Source: a virus
Lineage: Duplodnaviria; Heunggongvirae; Uroviricota; Caudoviricetes
IMG/VR virus record: IMGVR_UViG_2534682330_000007
DNA: 49,277 nucleotides
Direction: 5' to 3' (one strand)
The notes under the pieces: model-generated
Database searches by the model: none
Seen by the model: only the letters and a program-made list of their open reading frames with translations
What the model was told of the DNA's origin: nothing
In this document: in pieces, positions 1-9,448 of the stretch
How positions within the stretch are numbered: position 1 is the stretch's first letter
How the letters are laid out: every line of letters starts with the position of its first letter
Program-made: the position numbers and the translations under genes

Positions 1-1284
1 TTACTTCTTCGCCTCTGCAACCACTTTACTACCCACGCCGCGGTTATTGTATTCCCACATGCGGTTGTAGTTAGTGTCATTCAGATTGCGCTGTATTTCG
101 TCGTTATCATCTACGCTGCCGGTATTACCCGCAAACGGACGATTAGAGATCACCGCATCGGCCCACGGTTTAGCCATGTTAAAACCTTCGTTGATGGCGC
201 TATCACGGATCACCACCTGACCGTTGGTATTGGCATCAACATCCAGCGAGCGGCCCAGTTGCGCCACACCATCACCGAAAGCATTGAAACGGCTGTTTAC
301 GGCGAGGAAACCGTAGTAAATGTTGGACAGCGTAGCCGGTGCAAACACATACGCTTCTTGCTGAGTACGTGAGTTCACCACGCGGAATTCGGTGTTATCG
401 AACACCACTGCGCCGCGACCAGAAACGATATCCACATCCCCTTCAATGTAGCTGTTGGTCACCAGCGTACGCGGCTGACGATTCGTTTCCAGACGGTTCT
501 GCACACCGCTGTTGGTGACAAAGAAGGTGTTCTGACGACCGAGAATGTTAACGTTGTTAATCTGTACCTGGTCACCATCAGTACGCAGTGCCACCGCCGG
601 ATGGTTACCTGCATCTACGCTATCGCCCAGCGTGTTTTCGATGGTCAGATTTTGCAGTTGCAGGCCATTGTTTTGTGACCAGAAGACCGCAGAGCAGAGA
701 ACACCGATACTGTCGCTGCGTTTGCTCTGGCAGCTATCGTACATATACCACGCTGGTTTACCTGGCATATATTTGCCGCGCGGGTTGACGTCGTGACGCC
801 AGTCGGCAGGGCTCATGCCACCATCAAGGGAAAGCCCAATCTTCACATCAATCGGTTTTTCACCTGTACCGTACAGAGTAATTCCACCCGGAGCGGCAGG
901 GACATATCCCGTTCCCTGATACTCACCAGGCATCACGGCAATATACTGGCGCTTGTTGGTACGCTTGATAATTGCCGCATCTACCGCCGCCTGAATCGTG
1001 GTATGCGTTACACCTTGAGTGCCCGCCGGGCCGACAACAAAGTCAGGTTGCGCAGGCAGGGTAATCGGGGAAGGATTCCACGCTGCAGCACCTGGTGTCA
1101 GGGATGCAAAATAGTGTTGAGCATCGAAATTCTGCGCTTCTTTTGCCGACAGAATCGGGCGAGAAGAGGTACCAGGCGCGGTTTGATCAGAAGGACGTTG
1201 ATCGGGCGGGGTTGAGCTACAGGCGGTCAGCGTCACGCCAAAAGCCAATGCCAGCGCCAGACGGGAAACTGAAAATGTGTTCAC
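1..1284 (-). CDS. ybhC: Host outer-membrane lipoprotein YbhC (pectinesterase-family), complete 427 aa
   Basis: ORF track 427 aa with N-terminal lipoprotein signal (LTACSS); recalled match to E. coli YbhC, which flanks attB of lambda. Confidence 0.85.
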   Translation of the reverse strand: MNTFSVSRLALALAFGVTLTACSSTPPDQRPSDQTAPGTSSRPILSAKEAQNFDAQHYFASLTPGAAAWNPSPITLPAQPDFVVGPAGTQGVTHTTIQAAVDAAIIKRTNKRQYIAVMPGEYQGTGYVPAAPGGITLYGTGEKPIDVKIGLSLDGGMSPADWRHDVNPRGKYMPGKPAWYMYDSCQSKRSDSIGVLCSAVFWSQNNGLQLQNLTIENTLGDSVDAGNHPAVALRTDGDQVQINNVNILGRQNTFFVTNSGVQNRLETNRQPRTLVTNSYIEGDVDIVSGRGAVVFDNTEFRVVNSRTQQEAYVFAPATLSNIYYGFLAVNSRFNAFGDGVAQLGRSLDVDANTNGQVVIRDSAINEGFNMAKPWADAVISNRPFAGNTGSVDDNDEIQRNLNDTNYNRMWEYNNRGVGSKVVAEAKK

Positions 1285-1330
1285 AGGTTGCTCCGGGCTA
1301 TGAAATAGAAAAATGAATCCGTTGAAGCCT

Positions 1331-1430
1331 GCTTTTTTATACTAAGTTGGCATTATAAAAAAGCATTGCTTATCAATTTGTTGCAACGAACAGGTCACTA
1401 TCAGTCAAAATAAAATCATTATTTGATTTC
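1331..1430. other. attL: lambda att core GCTTTTTTATACTAA (1331-1345) followed by P' arm with Int arm-type sites
   Basis: Exact 15-bp lambda core, then GTTGGCATTATAAAAAAGCATTGCTTATCAATTTGTTGCAACGAACAGGTCACTATCAGTCAAAATAAAATCATTATTTG as recalled for lambda attP right arm; int lies immediately adjacent. Confidence 0.9.
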
Positions 1431-2489
1431 AATTTTGTCCCACTCCCTGCCTCTGTCATCACGATACTGTGATGCCATGGTGTCCGACTTATGCCCGAGA
1501 AGATGTTGAGCAAACTTATCGCTTATCTGCTTCTCATAGAGTCTTGCAGACAAACTGCGCAACTCGTGAAAGGTAGGCGGATCCCCTTCGAAGGAAAGAC
1601 CTGATGCTTTTCGTGCGCGCATAAAATACCTTGATACTGTGCCGGATGAAAGCGGTTCGCGACGAGTAGATGCAATTATGGTTTCTCCGCCAAGAATCTC
1701 TTTGCATTTATCAAGTGTTTCCTTCATTGATATTCCGAGAGCATCAACATGCAATACTGTTGGGATGGCAATTTTTACGCCTGTTTTGCTTTGCTCGACA
1801 TAAAGATATCCATCTACGATATCAGACCACTTCATTTCGCATAAATCACCAACTCGTTGCCCGGTAACAACAGCCAGTTCCATTGCAAGTCTGAGCCAAC
1901 ATGGTGATGATTCTGCTGCTTGATAAATTTTCAGGTATTCGTCAGCCGTAAGTCTTGATCTCCTTACCTCTGATTTTGCTGCGCGAGTGGCAGCGACAGG
2001 GTTTGTTGTTATATGGCCTTCAGCTATTGCCTCTCGGAATGCATCGCTCAGTGTTGATCTGATTAACTTGGCTGACGCCGCCTTGCCCTCGTCTATGTAT
2101 CCATTGAGCATTGCCGCAATTTCTTTTGTGGTGATGTCTTCAAGTGGAGCATCAGGCAGACCCCTCCTTATTGCTTTAATTTTGCTCATGTAATTTATGA
2201 GTGTCTTCTGCTTGATTCCTCTGCTGGCCAGGATTTTTTCGTAGCGATCAAGCCATGAATGTAACGTAACGGAATTATCACTGTTGATTCTCGCTGTCAG
2301 AGGCTTGTGTTTGTGTCCTGAAAATAACTCAATGTTGGCCTGTATAGCTTCAGTGATTGCGATTCGCCTGTCTCTGCCTAATCCAAACTCTTTACCCGTC
2401 CTTGGGTCCCTGTAGCAGTAATATCCATTGTTTCTTATATAAAGGTTAGGGGGTAAATCCCGGCGCTCATGACTTCGCCTTCTTCCCAT
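1419..2489 (-). CDS. int: Integrase (tyrosine recombinase), lambda Int
   Basis: 356 aa, begins MGRRRSHERRDLPPNLYIRNNGYYCYRDPRTGKEFGLGRD as in lambda Int; adjacent to att P' arm. Confidence 0.97.
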   Translation of the reverse strand: MGRRRSHERRDLPPNLYIRNNGYYCYRDPRTGKEFGLGRDRRIAITEAIQANIELFSGHKHKPLTARINSDNSVTLHSWLDRYEKILASRGIKQKTLINYMSKIKAIRRGLPDAPLEDITTKEIAAMLNGYIDEGKAASAKLIRSTLSDAFREAIAEGHITTNPVAATRAAKSEVRRSRLTADEYLKIYQAAESSPCWLRLAMELAVVTGQRVGDLCEMKWSDIVDGYLYVEQSKTGVKIAIPTVLHVDALGISMKETLDKCKEILGGETIIASTRREPLSSGTVSRYFMRARKASGLSFEGDPPTFHELRSLSARLYEKQISDKFAQHLLGHKSDTMASQYRDDRGREWDKIEIK

Positions 2490-2685
2490 TTCTGATCCTC
2501 TTCAAAAGGCTACCTGTTACTGGTCGATTTAAGTCAACCTTTACCGCTGATTCGTGGAACAGATACTCTCTTCCATCCTTAACCGGAGGAGGGAATATCC
2601 TGCACTCGCGTACCCATCGACGAACTGTTTCAAGGCTTCTTGGGCGTCGCTGGCGTGCGTTCCACTCCTGAAGTGTCAAGTACAT
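2467..2685 (-). CDS. xis: Excisionase, lambda Xis
   Basis: 72 aa MYLTLQEWNARQRRPRSLETVRRWVRECRIFPPPVKDGREYLFHESAVK; overlaps int 3' end as in lambda. Confidence 0.95.
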   Translation of the reverse strand: MYLTLQEWNARQRRPRSLETVRRWVRECRIFPPPVKDGREYLFHESAVKVDLNRPVTGSLLKRIRNGKKAKS

Positions 2686-2979
2686 CGCAAAGTCTCCGCA
2701 ATTACACGCAAGAAAAAACCGCCATCAGGCGGCTTGGTGTTCTTTCAGTTCTTCAATTCGAATATTGGTTACGTCTGCATGTGCTATCTGCGCCCATATC
2801 ATCCAGTGGTTATAACAGTCGTTGATGTTCTCTGCTTCGATAACCCTGTTGAATGGCTCTCCATTCCATTCACCTGTGACTCGGAAGTGCATTTATCATC
2901 TCCATAAAACAAAACTCGCCGTAGCGAGTTCAGATATAATTTCCACCAAAGGCAGTAGTTGCTTGATGCTAAGAATTAT

Positions 2980-3411
2980 TCAATATCTATTCCTGTAATA
3001 TCTTTTATCTTTTATCTTTTTCCTTGCAAAGCCTTTTGCTAGTGATTTTGAAACACTCATAAGTGTACTAATTCCCTCATCCTTAAAGTTTGTTTTTATA
3101 GCTTGCCAGACATCCTTTTGACGTAAGTCAGCAATAAAATCATGCCCTCTTGCTGTCAACCTCAGTGGTACTTCGATCCAACTATATCCAACCCCTTCCC
3201 CTAACGCTTTGGACAATATATGACCGAACCCAGGTTTTCCATCAACCCTGACTATTAATTCGTAGTCACATAATAATCGCATATGGAAAATAAAATCTTG
3301 GTCATATCTATTAAAGCCATTATCCTCTAGTTCACTAAGCATCGTGTCAGGGCCACGAGTTTTTTCGAATGCGATAAGTAGATCTTTTAGATATTGCTGG
3401 TCTAATTTCAT
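2980..3411 (-). CDS. Hypothetical protein, 143 aa (AT-rich accessory island)
   Basis: ORF track; AT-rich codon usage unlike flanking lambda genes; lysine-rich C-terminal tail; no confident family assignment. Confidence 0.6.
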   Translation of the reverse strand: MKLDQQYLKDLLIAFEKTRGPDTMLSELEDNGFNRYDQDFIFHMRLLCDYELIVRVDGKPGFGHILSKALGEGVGYSWIEVPLRLTARGHDFIADLRQKDVWQAIKTNFKDEGISTLMSVSKSLAKGFARKKIKDKRYYRNRY

Positions 3412-3439
3412 TGCCGCCTCCGTGACATGTCACAGAGAT

Positions 3440-3778
3440 TTATATCATTAATTTTGTTTCGTGCCAGCCTTTGGTCACCCAGCATTGTGAGTCACCATTA
3501 CACGGGCATGAATTAACAGGAACTCTCTCGCCGCACTTACCGCACCGTTTTCTGCTGATCGATTTTATACGCCAGCGCACACGTGCATCATCCTGGCGGC
3601 TCAGTAACGCGATGTACTCACCAAACTCGCAAGGCGCACGCCTGAAGCGACGCGTGGCACAGTTACGCTCCAGCATTTCAATTTCCTGAGCATCAAGTAC
3701 AAGCTCCAGCTTACGCATACCGGATGATGCTTGCTTGGCTCTCTGATCGGCTTTGTGCTCTGTTGCTGATTTAGCCAT
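3440..3778 (-). CDS. Hypothetical Cys-rich zinc-ribbon protein, 112 aa (possibly Ea8.5-like)
   Basis: C-terminal CGKCGERVPVNSCPCNGDSQC cysteine cluster; 28 bp upstream of the 143-aa ORF on the same strand; occupies the lambda ea8.5 slot. Confidence 0.55.
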   Translation of the reverse strand: MAKSATEHKADQRAKQASSGMRKLELVLDAQEIEMLERNCATRRFRRAPCEFGEYIALLSRQDDARVRWRIKSISRKRCGKCGERVPVNSCPCNGDSQCWVTKGWHETKLMI

Positions 3779-3973
3779 TCTGCTTTTCCTGCATCAGGAG
3801 AAAGACAATCATGGCGGCGCGGATACTTCCGGTATCTTTTTACGCGATATTCCCCTTCAATGGCACATACAAGAAGAGAGCCATCAACAGGAGTGATTGA
3901 GGAATCGACAACCAGCAACGCTTAATTATCTATAGTGTCGTATTTGCTTCATAAAATATGGCGAATAACACAA

Positions 3974-4007
3974 AGCCCGCAGCAGCTCATTGTGCGGGCT
4001 TTTCTTA
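3974..4007. terminator. Stem-loop (AGCCCGCA-N11-TGCGGGCT) followed by TTTCTT; possible bidirectional terminator
   Basis: Perfect 8-bp inverted repeat read from sequence, located just 3' of the 204-aa minus-strand gene. Confidence 0.45.
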
Positions 4008-4071
4008 TACCTACTTCCTAGAGATAATTCTATGGAGGCATTAAATCAATACTGTCATTGGTAATATCATA

Positions 4072-4686
4072 TTATCTAAAAGTCTTTCCACTTTTAACAT
4101 CTAGGTATATTCTGTTCGACAACGTCATTCCTCCGCAATATGTGAAATAGATGTTTTCACCCTTATTGCTTGATGCCATCCACCCTCCGATTTCCTTAAA
4201 ATCGCTTTCCGTGCAGACCCCTTCATTTATTAACTTCCTAGCTGCCGAAGAAAACTCTTTTTTGTATATACGGTAGTCATCAGATCCTTTGATTAAAGTA
4301 TCATCTCCGCTCGCATTTTCAGCAGGATCTGATGGCCTTTCACTGCTAAGATCACTAAGTTTAACCCATTCTGAAAACTTGCCATTAACGATTCCATTTT
4401 TTCTTGTGCAGGATTTATTACCTTCTTTAATATATTCGCTTTCCCCTCCAACACATGAGGCTGAATATGGCTCAGTTATACGAACCCATTCACCTTTTTT
4501 TTCTAGAAAATCTACGCCTTCCCTGAAAAATATTTTCCCAGCCACTCCACATTTACTTGAAGGGCAGGTATGTCTTTCCGTTCGATCAACAACAACCCAT
4601 AGTTTTGATTCATTTTTTGCCATTGCCGATGGTATTTGAGATGAGACAATTAACGTAAGCCCTAAAATTAGTATTGATTTTTTCAT
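4072..4686 (-). CDS. Secreted Cys-rich hypothetical protein, 204 aa (signal peptide)
   Basis: N-terminus MKKSILILGLTLIVSSQIPSAMA is a typical Sec signal with AxA cleavage site; 8 cysteines in mature part; AT-rich DNA. Confidence 0.65.
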   Translation of the reverse strand: MKKSILILGLTLIVSSQIPSAMAKNESKLWVVVDRTERHTCPSSKCGVAGKIFFREGVDFLEKKGEWVRITEPYSASCVGGESEYIKEGNKSCTRKNGIVNGKFSEWVKLSDLSSERPSDPAENASGDDTLIKGSDDYRIYKKEFSSAARKLINEGVCTESDFKEIGGWMASSNKGENIYFTYCGGMTLSNRIYLDVKSGKTFR

Positions 4687-4984
4687 TGTAATTTCCTTTT
4701 ACTTTTTACAAAGCGTTTAATCATGGCTGATTATCTCTAAGTGTAGTAACAGCCTTGTGCGAAACATGTTACCAAATCGCCATTTCAGTGTATCCGCAGT
4801 TAGGCTGCCACTTCAAGGATTCCTAATTACATGGTACGTAAGCGTAAAATCCCGTTGGTTGGCGGGTAATAACTCTGATCAAATCTCCCTTGTCTTTTGC
4901 TCTTACGTATGCAGCTCTTGTGTATTCAACCCAGGCCTCCAGTTCAGCAATACGCTTACTTCCATCCGAGATAACACCTTCTAC

Positions 4985-5236
4985 TCACGCTGCTCGTTGA
5001 GTTTTGATTTTTGCTGTCTCCAGCTCAACACGCAGTTTCCCCACCGTTAGCGCAATATCCTCGTTCTCCTGGTCGCGGCGTTTGATGTATTGCTGGTTTC
5101 TTTCCCGTTCATCCAGCAGTGTCAGCACAATCGATGGTGTTACCAGCTCATGGAAAAGGTCCGCGTCAAATCCCCAGTTGTCAGGCATTGCCTGCTCTGC
5201 CGCTTCACGCAGTGCCTGAGAGTGAATTACGCTCAC
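4985..5236 (-). CDS. Small early-left protein, 83 aa (possibly the C-terminal part of an Ea22-like protein)
   Basis: ORF track; GTG start overlapping the stop of the upstream gene (GTGA); coiled-coil-like sequence; Ea22 relation is a guess. Confidence 0.45.
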   Translation of the reverse strand: MSVIHSQALREAAEQAMPDNWGFDADLFHELVTPSIVLTLLDERERNQQYIKRRDQENEDIALTVGKLRVELETAKIKTQRAA

Positions 5237-5454
5237 TTCGAACCTCTCTGTTTACTGATAAGCTCCAGATCTTCCTGGCAACTTGCACAAGTCCGACAAC
5301 CCTGAACGGCCAGGCGTCTTAGCTCATCTATGGGATCGCCACACTCACAACAATGAGTGGCAGATACAGCCTGGTGGTTCAGGCGGCGCATTTTTATTGC
5401 TGTGTTGCGCTGTAATTCTTCAATTTCTGATGCTGAATCAATGATGTCTGCCAT
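5233..5454 (-). CDS. TraR/DksA-family C4 zinc-finger protein (lambda Orf73-like)
   Basis: 73 aa with CCECGDPIDELRRLAVQGCRTCASCQ, the four-cysteine pattern of the TraR/DksA C4 zinc finger. Confidence 0.75.
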   Translation of the reverse strand: MADIIDSASEIEELQRNTAIKMRRLNHQAVSATHCCECGDPIDELRRLAVQGCRTCASCQEDLELISKQRGSK

Positions 5455-5552
5455 CTTCCATTAATCCCTGAATTGTTGGTTAATACGCTTGGGGGTAAAT
5501 GCGAGCAATAAAAAAGGAGCCTGTAGCTCCCTGATAATTTTGCTTTTCATGT

Positions 5553-5768
5553 TCATCGTTCCTTAAAGACGCCGTTTAACATGCCGATTGCCAGGCTTAA
5601 ATGAGTCGGTGTGAATCCCATCAGCGTTACCGTTTCGCGGTGCTTCTTCAGTACGCTACGGCAAATGTCATCGACGTTTTTATCCGGAAACTGCTGTCTG
5701 GCTTTTTTGATTTCAGAATTAGCCTGACGGGCAATGCTGCGAAGGGCGTTTTCTTGCTGAGGTGTCAT
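5553..5768 (-). CDS. Small early-left hypothetical protein (about 71 aa from ATG at 5768)
   Basis: ORF track 5553-5834; internal ATG at 5768 (MTPQQENALRSIARQ) is the more plausible start. Confidence 0.5.
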   Translation of the reverse strand: MTPQQENALRSIARQANSEIKKARQQFPDKNVDDICRSVLKKHRETVTLMGFTPTHLSLAIGMLNGVFKER

Positions 5769-5844
5769 TGAACAAGCCCCATGTCGGCAAGCATAAGCAC
5801 ACAGAATATGAAGCCCGCTGCCAGAAAAATGCATTCAGTGGTTG

Positions 5845-6036
5845 TCATACCTGGTCTCTCTCATCTGCTTCTGCTTTCGCCACCATCATTTCCAGCTTTT
5901 GTGAAAGGGATGCGGCTAACGTATGAAATTCTTCGTCTGTTTCTACTGGTATTGGCACAAACCTGACTCCAATTTGAGCGAGGCTATGTGCCATCTCGAT
6001 ACACGTTCTTAACTCAACAGGAGATGCTTTGTGCAT
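5845..6036 (-). CDS. Small early-left hypothetical protein, 63 aa
   Basis: ORF track; sits between the TraR-like gene and exo where lambda carries small orfs. Confidence 0.5.
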   Translation of the reverse strand: MHKASPVELRTCIEMAHSLAQIGVRFVPIPVETDEEFHTLAASLSQKLEMMVAKAEADERDQV

Positions 6037-6187
6037 ACAGCCCCCCGTTTATTATTTATCTCCTCAGCCAGCCGCTGTGCTTTCAGGGGATTTCTGATAA
6101 CAGAAAGGCCGGGAAATACCCAGCCTCGCTTTGTAACGGAGTAGACGAAAGTGATCGCACCTACCCGGATATTATCGTGAGGATGCT

Positions 6188-6868
6188 TCATCGCCATTGC
6201 TCCCCAAATACAAAACCAATTTCAGCCAGTGCCTCGTCCATTTTTTCGATGAACTCCGGCACCATCTCGTCAAAACTCGCCATGTACTTTTCATCCCGCT
6301 CAACCACGACATAATGCAGGCCTTCACGCTTCATACGCGGGTCATAGTTGGCAAAGTACCAGGCATCTTTTCGCGTCACCCACATGCTGTACTGCACCTG
6401 GGCCATGTAAGCCGACTTTATGGCCTCGAAACCACCGAGCCGGAACTTCATGAAATCCCGGGAGGTAAACGGGCATTTCAGCTCAAGGCCATTGCCGTCA
6501 CTGCATAAACCATCGGGAGAGCAGGCGGTACGCATACTTTCGTCGCGATAGATGATCGGGGATTCAGTAACATTCACGCCGGAAGTGAATTCAAACAGAG
6601 TTCTGGCGTCGTTCTCGTACTGTTTTCCCCATGCCAGCGCCTTAGCATTAACTTCCGGAGCCACACCGGTGCAAACCTCAGCCAGCAGGGTGTGGAAGTA
6701 GGACATTTTCATGTCAGGCCACTTTTTTCCGGAGCGGGGTTTTGCTATCACATTGTGAACTTCTGAAGCGGTGATGACGCCGAGCCGTAATTTGTGCCAC
6801 GCATCATCCCCCTGTTCGACAGCTCTCACGTCGATTCCGGTACGCTGCAGGATAATGTCCGGTGTCAT
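6188..6868 (-). CDS. exo: Lambda exonuclease (Red alpha)
   Basis: 226 aa [69 protein letters not shown] matches lambda Exo. Confidence 0.97.
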   Translation of the reverse strand: MTPDIILQRTGIDVRAVEQGDDAWHKLRLGVITASEVHNVIAKPRSGKKWPDMKMSYFHTLLAEVCTGVAPEVNAKALAWGKQYENDARTLFEFTSGVNVTESPIIYRDESMRTACSPDGLCSDGNGLELKCPFTSRDFMKFRLGGFEAIKSAYMAQVQYSMWVTRKDAWYFANYDPRMKREGLHYVVVERDEKYMASFDEMVPEFIEKMDEALAEIGFVFGEQWR

Positions 6869-7650
6869 GCAGCCACCTTCTGCTCAGTGGCTTTCTGTTT
6901 CAGGAATCCAAGAGCTTTCACTGCTTCGGCCTGTGTCAGTTCTGACGATGCGCGAATGTCGCGGCGAAATATCTGGGAACAGAGCGGCAATAAGTCGTCA
7001 TCCCATGTTTTATCCAGGGCAATCAGCAGAGTGTTAATCTCCTGCATGGTTTCATCGTTAACCGGAGTGATGTCGCGTTCCGGCTGACGTTCTGCAGTGT
7101 ATGCGGTATTTTCGACAATGCGCTCGGCTTCATCCTTGTCATAGATACCAGCAAATCCGAAGGCGAGACGGGCACACTGAATCATGGCTTTATGCCGTAA
7201 CATCCGTTTGGGATGCGACTGCCACGGCCCCGTGATTTCTCTGCCTTCGCGGGTTTTGAATGGTTCGCGGCGGCATTCATCCATCCACTCGGTAACGCAG
7301 ATCGGATGATTGCGGTCTTTGCGGTAAATCCGGCATGTGCAGGATTCATTGTCCTGCTCAAAGTCCATGCCATCAAACTGCTGGTTTTCATTGATGATAC
7401 GGGACCAGCCATCAACGCCCACCACCGGAACGATGCCGTTCTGCTTGTCAGGGAAGGCGTAAATTTCTTTCGTCCACGGATTAAGGCCGTACTGGTTGGC
7501 GACGATCAGCAATGCGATGAACTGCGCATCGCTGGCATCACCTTTAAATGCCGTCTGGCGAAGAGTGGTGATCAGTTCCTGTGGGTCGACAGAATCCATG
7601 CCGACGCGTTCAGCCAGCTTCCCAGCCAGCGTTGCGAGTGCTGTACTCAT
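6865..7650 (-). CDS. bet: Red beta single-strand annealing protein
   Basis: 261 aa [66 protein letters not shown] matches lambda Bet. Confidence 0.97.
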   Translation of the reverse strand: MSTALATLAGKLAERVGMDSVDPQELITTLRQTAFKGDASDAQFIALLIVANQYGLNPWTKEIYAFPDKQNGIVPVVGVDGWSRIINENQQFDGMDFEQDNESCTCRIYRKDRNHPICVTEWMDECRREPFKTREGREITGPWQSHPKRMLRHKAMIQCARLAFGFAGIYDKDEAERIVENTAYTAERQPERDITPVNDETMQEINTLLIALDKTWDDDLLPLCSQIFRRDIRASSELTQAEAVKALGFLKQKATEQKVAA

Positions 7651-7655
7651 CCGTT

Positions 7656-8072
7656 TTATACCTCTGAATCAATATCAACCTGGTGGTGAGCAATGGTTTC
7701 AACCATGTACCGGATGTGTTCTGCCATGCGCTCCTGAAACTCAACATCGTCATCAAACGCACGGGTAATGGCTTTTTTGCTGGCCCCGTGGCGTTGTAAA
7801 TGATCGATGCAGAGTGATTCAAACAGGTGCTGGGGCAGACCTTTTTCCATGTCGTCTGCCAGTTCTGCCTCTTTCTCTTCACGGGCGATCTGCTGGTAGT
7901 GACGCGTCCAGCTCTGAGCCTCAAGACGATCCTGAATGTAATAAGCGTTCATGGCTGAACTCCTGAAATAGCTGTGAAAATATCGCCCGCGAAATGCCGG
8001 GCTGATTAGGAAAACAGGAAAGGAGGTTAGTGAATGCTTTTGCTTGATCTCAGTTTCAGTATTAATATCCAT
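7656..8072 (-). CDS. gam: Gam, RecBCD inhibitor
   Basis: 138 aa [55 protein letters not shown] matches lambda Gam. Confidence 0.97.
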   Translation of the reverse strand: MDINTETEIKQKHSLTSFPVFLISPAFRGRYFHSYFRSSAMNAYYIQDRLEAQSWTRHYQQIAREEKEAELADDMEKGLPQHLFESLCIDHLQRHGASKKAITRAFDDDVEFQERMAEHIRYMVETIAHHQVDIDSEV

Positions 8073-8170
8073 TTTTTATAAGCGTCGACGGCCTCACGAA
8101 ACATCTTTTCATCGCCAATAAAAGTGGCGATAGTGAATTTAGTCTGGATAGCCATAAGTGTTTGATCCAT
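8027..8170 (-). CDS. kil: Kil (host killing/FtsZ inhibitor), 47 aa
   Basis: Internal ATG at 8170 gives [47 protein letters not shown] as in lambda Kil. Confidence 0.85.
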   Translation of the reverse strand: MDQTLMAIQTKFTIATFIGDEKMFREAVDAYKKWILILKLRSSKSIH

Positions 8171-8303
8171 TTTTTGGGACTCCTGGCTGATTAAGTATGT
8201 CGATAAGGCGTTTCCATCCGTCACGTAATTTACGGGTGATTCGTTCAAGTAAAGATTCGGAAGGGCAGCCAGCAACAGGCCACCCTGCAATGGCATATTG
8301 CAT
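8139..8303 (-). CDS. cIII: cIII (FtsH inhibitor), 54 aa; below the ORF-track size cutoff
   Basis: Hand translation of the minus strand from ATG at 8303: MQYAIAGWPVAGCPSESLLERITRKLRD, as recalled for lambda cIII; overlaps kil as in lambda. Confidence 0.85.
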   Translation of the reverse strand: MQYAIAGWPVAGCPSESLLERITRKLRDGWKRLIDILNQPGVPKNGSNTYGYPD

Positions 8304-8375
8304 GGTGTGCTCCTTATTTATACATAACGAAAAACGCCTCGAGTGAAGCGTTATTGGTATGCGGTAACGCCGCGC

Positions 8376-8744
8376 TCAGGCGGCTTTGATAGTCATATCA
8401 TCTGAATCAAATATTCCTGATGTATCGATATCGGTAATTCTTATTCCTTCACTACCATCCATTGGAGGCCATCCTTCCTGACCATTTCCATCATCCCAGT
8501 CGAACTCACAAACAACACCATATGCATTTAAGTCTTTCGAAATTGCTATAAGCAGAGCATGTTGCGCCAGCATGATTAATACAGCATTTAATAAAGAACC
8601 GTGTTTATTTAGTCGGTATTCAGAGTCTGACCAGAAATTATTAATCTGGTGAAGTTTTTCCTCTGTCATTACGTCATGGTCGATTTCAATTTCTATTGAT
8701 GCTTTCCAGTCGTAATCAATGATGTATTTTTTGATGTTTGACAT
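8376..8744 (-). CDS. ea10: Ea10 (lambda early gene, ssb-like)
   Basis: 122 aa ORF at the lambda ea10 position with the lambda length. Confidence 0.85.
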   Translation of the reverse strand: MSNIKKYIIDYDWKASIEIEIDHDVMTEEKLHQINNFWSDSEYRLNKHGSLLNAVLIMLAQHALLIAISKDLNAYGVVCEFDWDDGNGQEGWPPMDGSEGIRITDIDTSGIFDSDDMTIKAA

Positions 8745-8939
8745 CTGTTCATATCCTCACAGATAAAAAATCGCCCTCACATTAGAGGGCAAAGAAGATT
8801 TCCAATAATCAGAACAAGTCGGCTCCTGTTTAGTTACGAGCGACATTGCTCCGTGTATTCACTCGTTGGAATGAATACACAGTGCTGTGTTTATTCTGTT
8901 GTTTATGCCAAAAATAAAGGCCGACTATGCGGCCTGAAA

Positions 8940-9389
8940 TTACTTAACCAATGATGCTGCATATTCGATAAGGTAAAGCTTTGGGGCCAGCCAAATTTTT
9001 AACCAAGTCATATTGGTTACTACACCAATAATAAAAATCCCCCACAGAGTCAAAACTCCAACCAATGGCATGATAAGAAGGTTAATATCTCCTTTGCTAT
9101 CCCAAACCATTGTCGGCCTGTATTTGGGATTTCCCCTCTCCCATGAGTATCCTTCATCACCGATTTTACCTGTCTCAACTCTTTGGCACTGCTTCTTCAT
9201 AAACCAGAAAACCAGTGGGATTGTTAGAATGGCTATTAATGTTTTAATCAGACTGTCAACCATATTCCATAGCAGCAACTGATGAACAACATCAGGAATC
9301 TGCGCTTGGCTGAATGAAACAGCCGCGTCTATTCCATTGCTGGCTTTTTGCAGTAGTTCTACGAGAATCTTGTTTGCTTGTTCTTCCAT
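8940..9389 (-). CDS. Hypothetical inner-membrane protein, 149 aa (insertion relative to lambda)
   Basis: Two long hydrophobic segments (LIKTLIAILTIPLVFWFM and INLLIMPLVGVLTLWGIFIIGVV); lies between ea10 and ral where lambda has only a short spacer. Confidence 0.6.
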   Translation of the reverse strand: MEEQANKILVELLQKASNGIDAAVSFSQAQIPDVVHQLLLWNMVDSLIKTLIAILTIPLVFWFMKKQCQRVETGKIGDEGYSWERGNPKYRPTMVWDSKGDINLLIMPLVGVLTLWGIFIIGVVTNMTWLKIWLAPKLYLIEYAASLVK

Positions 9390-9448
9390 ATATCCCCTTG
9401 ATTGTAATAAGCATGAAATTATTTACGGCCAAAAAATAAAGGCCACCA

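Noticed and set aside
545-1316. Several plus-strand ORFs opposite ybhC
   Set aside because: Antisense shadows of a conserved host gene.
4984-5236. Apparent extra C near 5161 when hand-translating the 83-aa ORF, suggesting a frameshift
   Set aside because: The ORF track reports a continuous 252-nt ORF; most likely my own counting error, so I follow the track coordinates.
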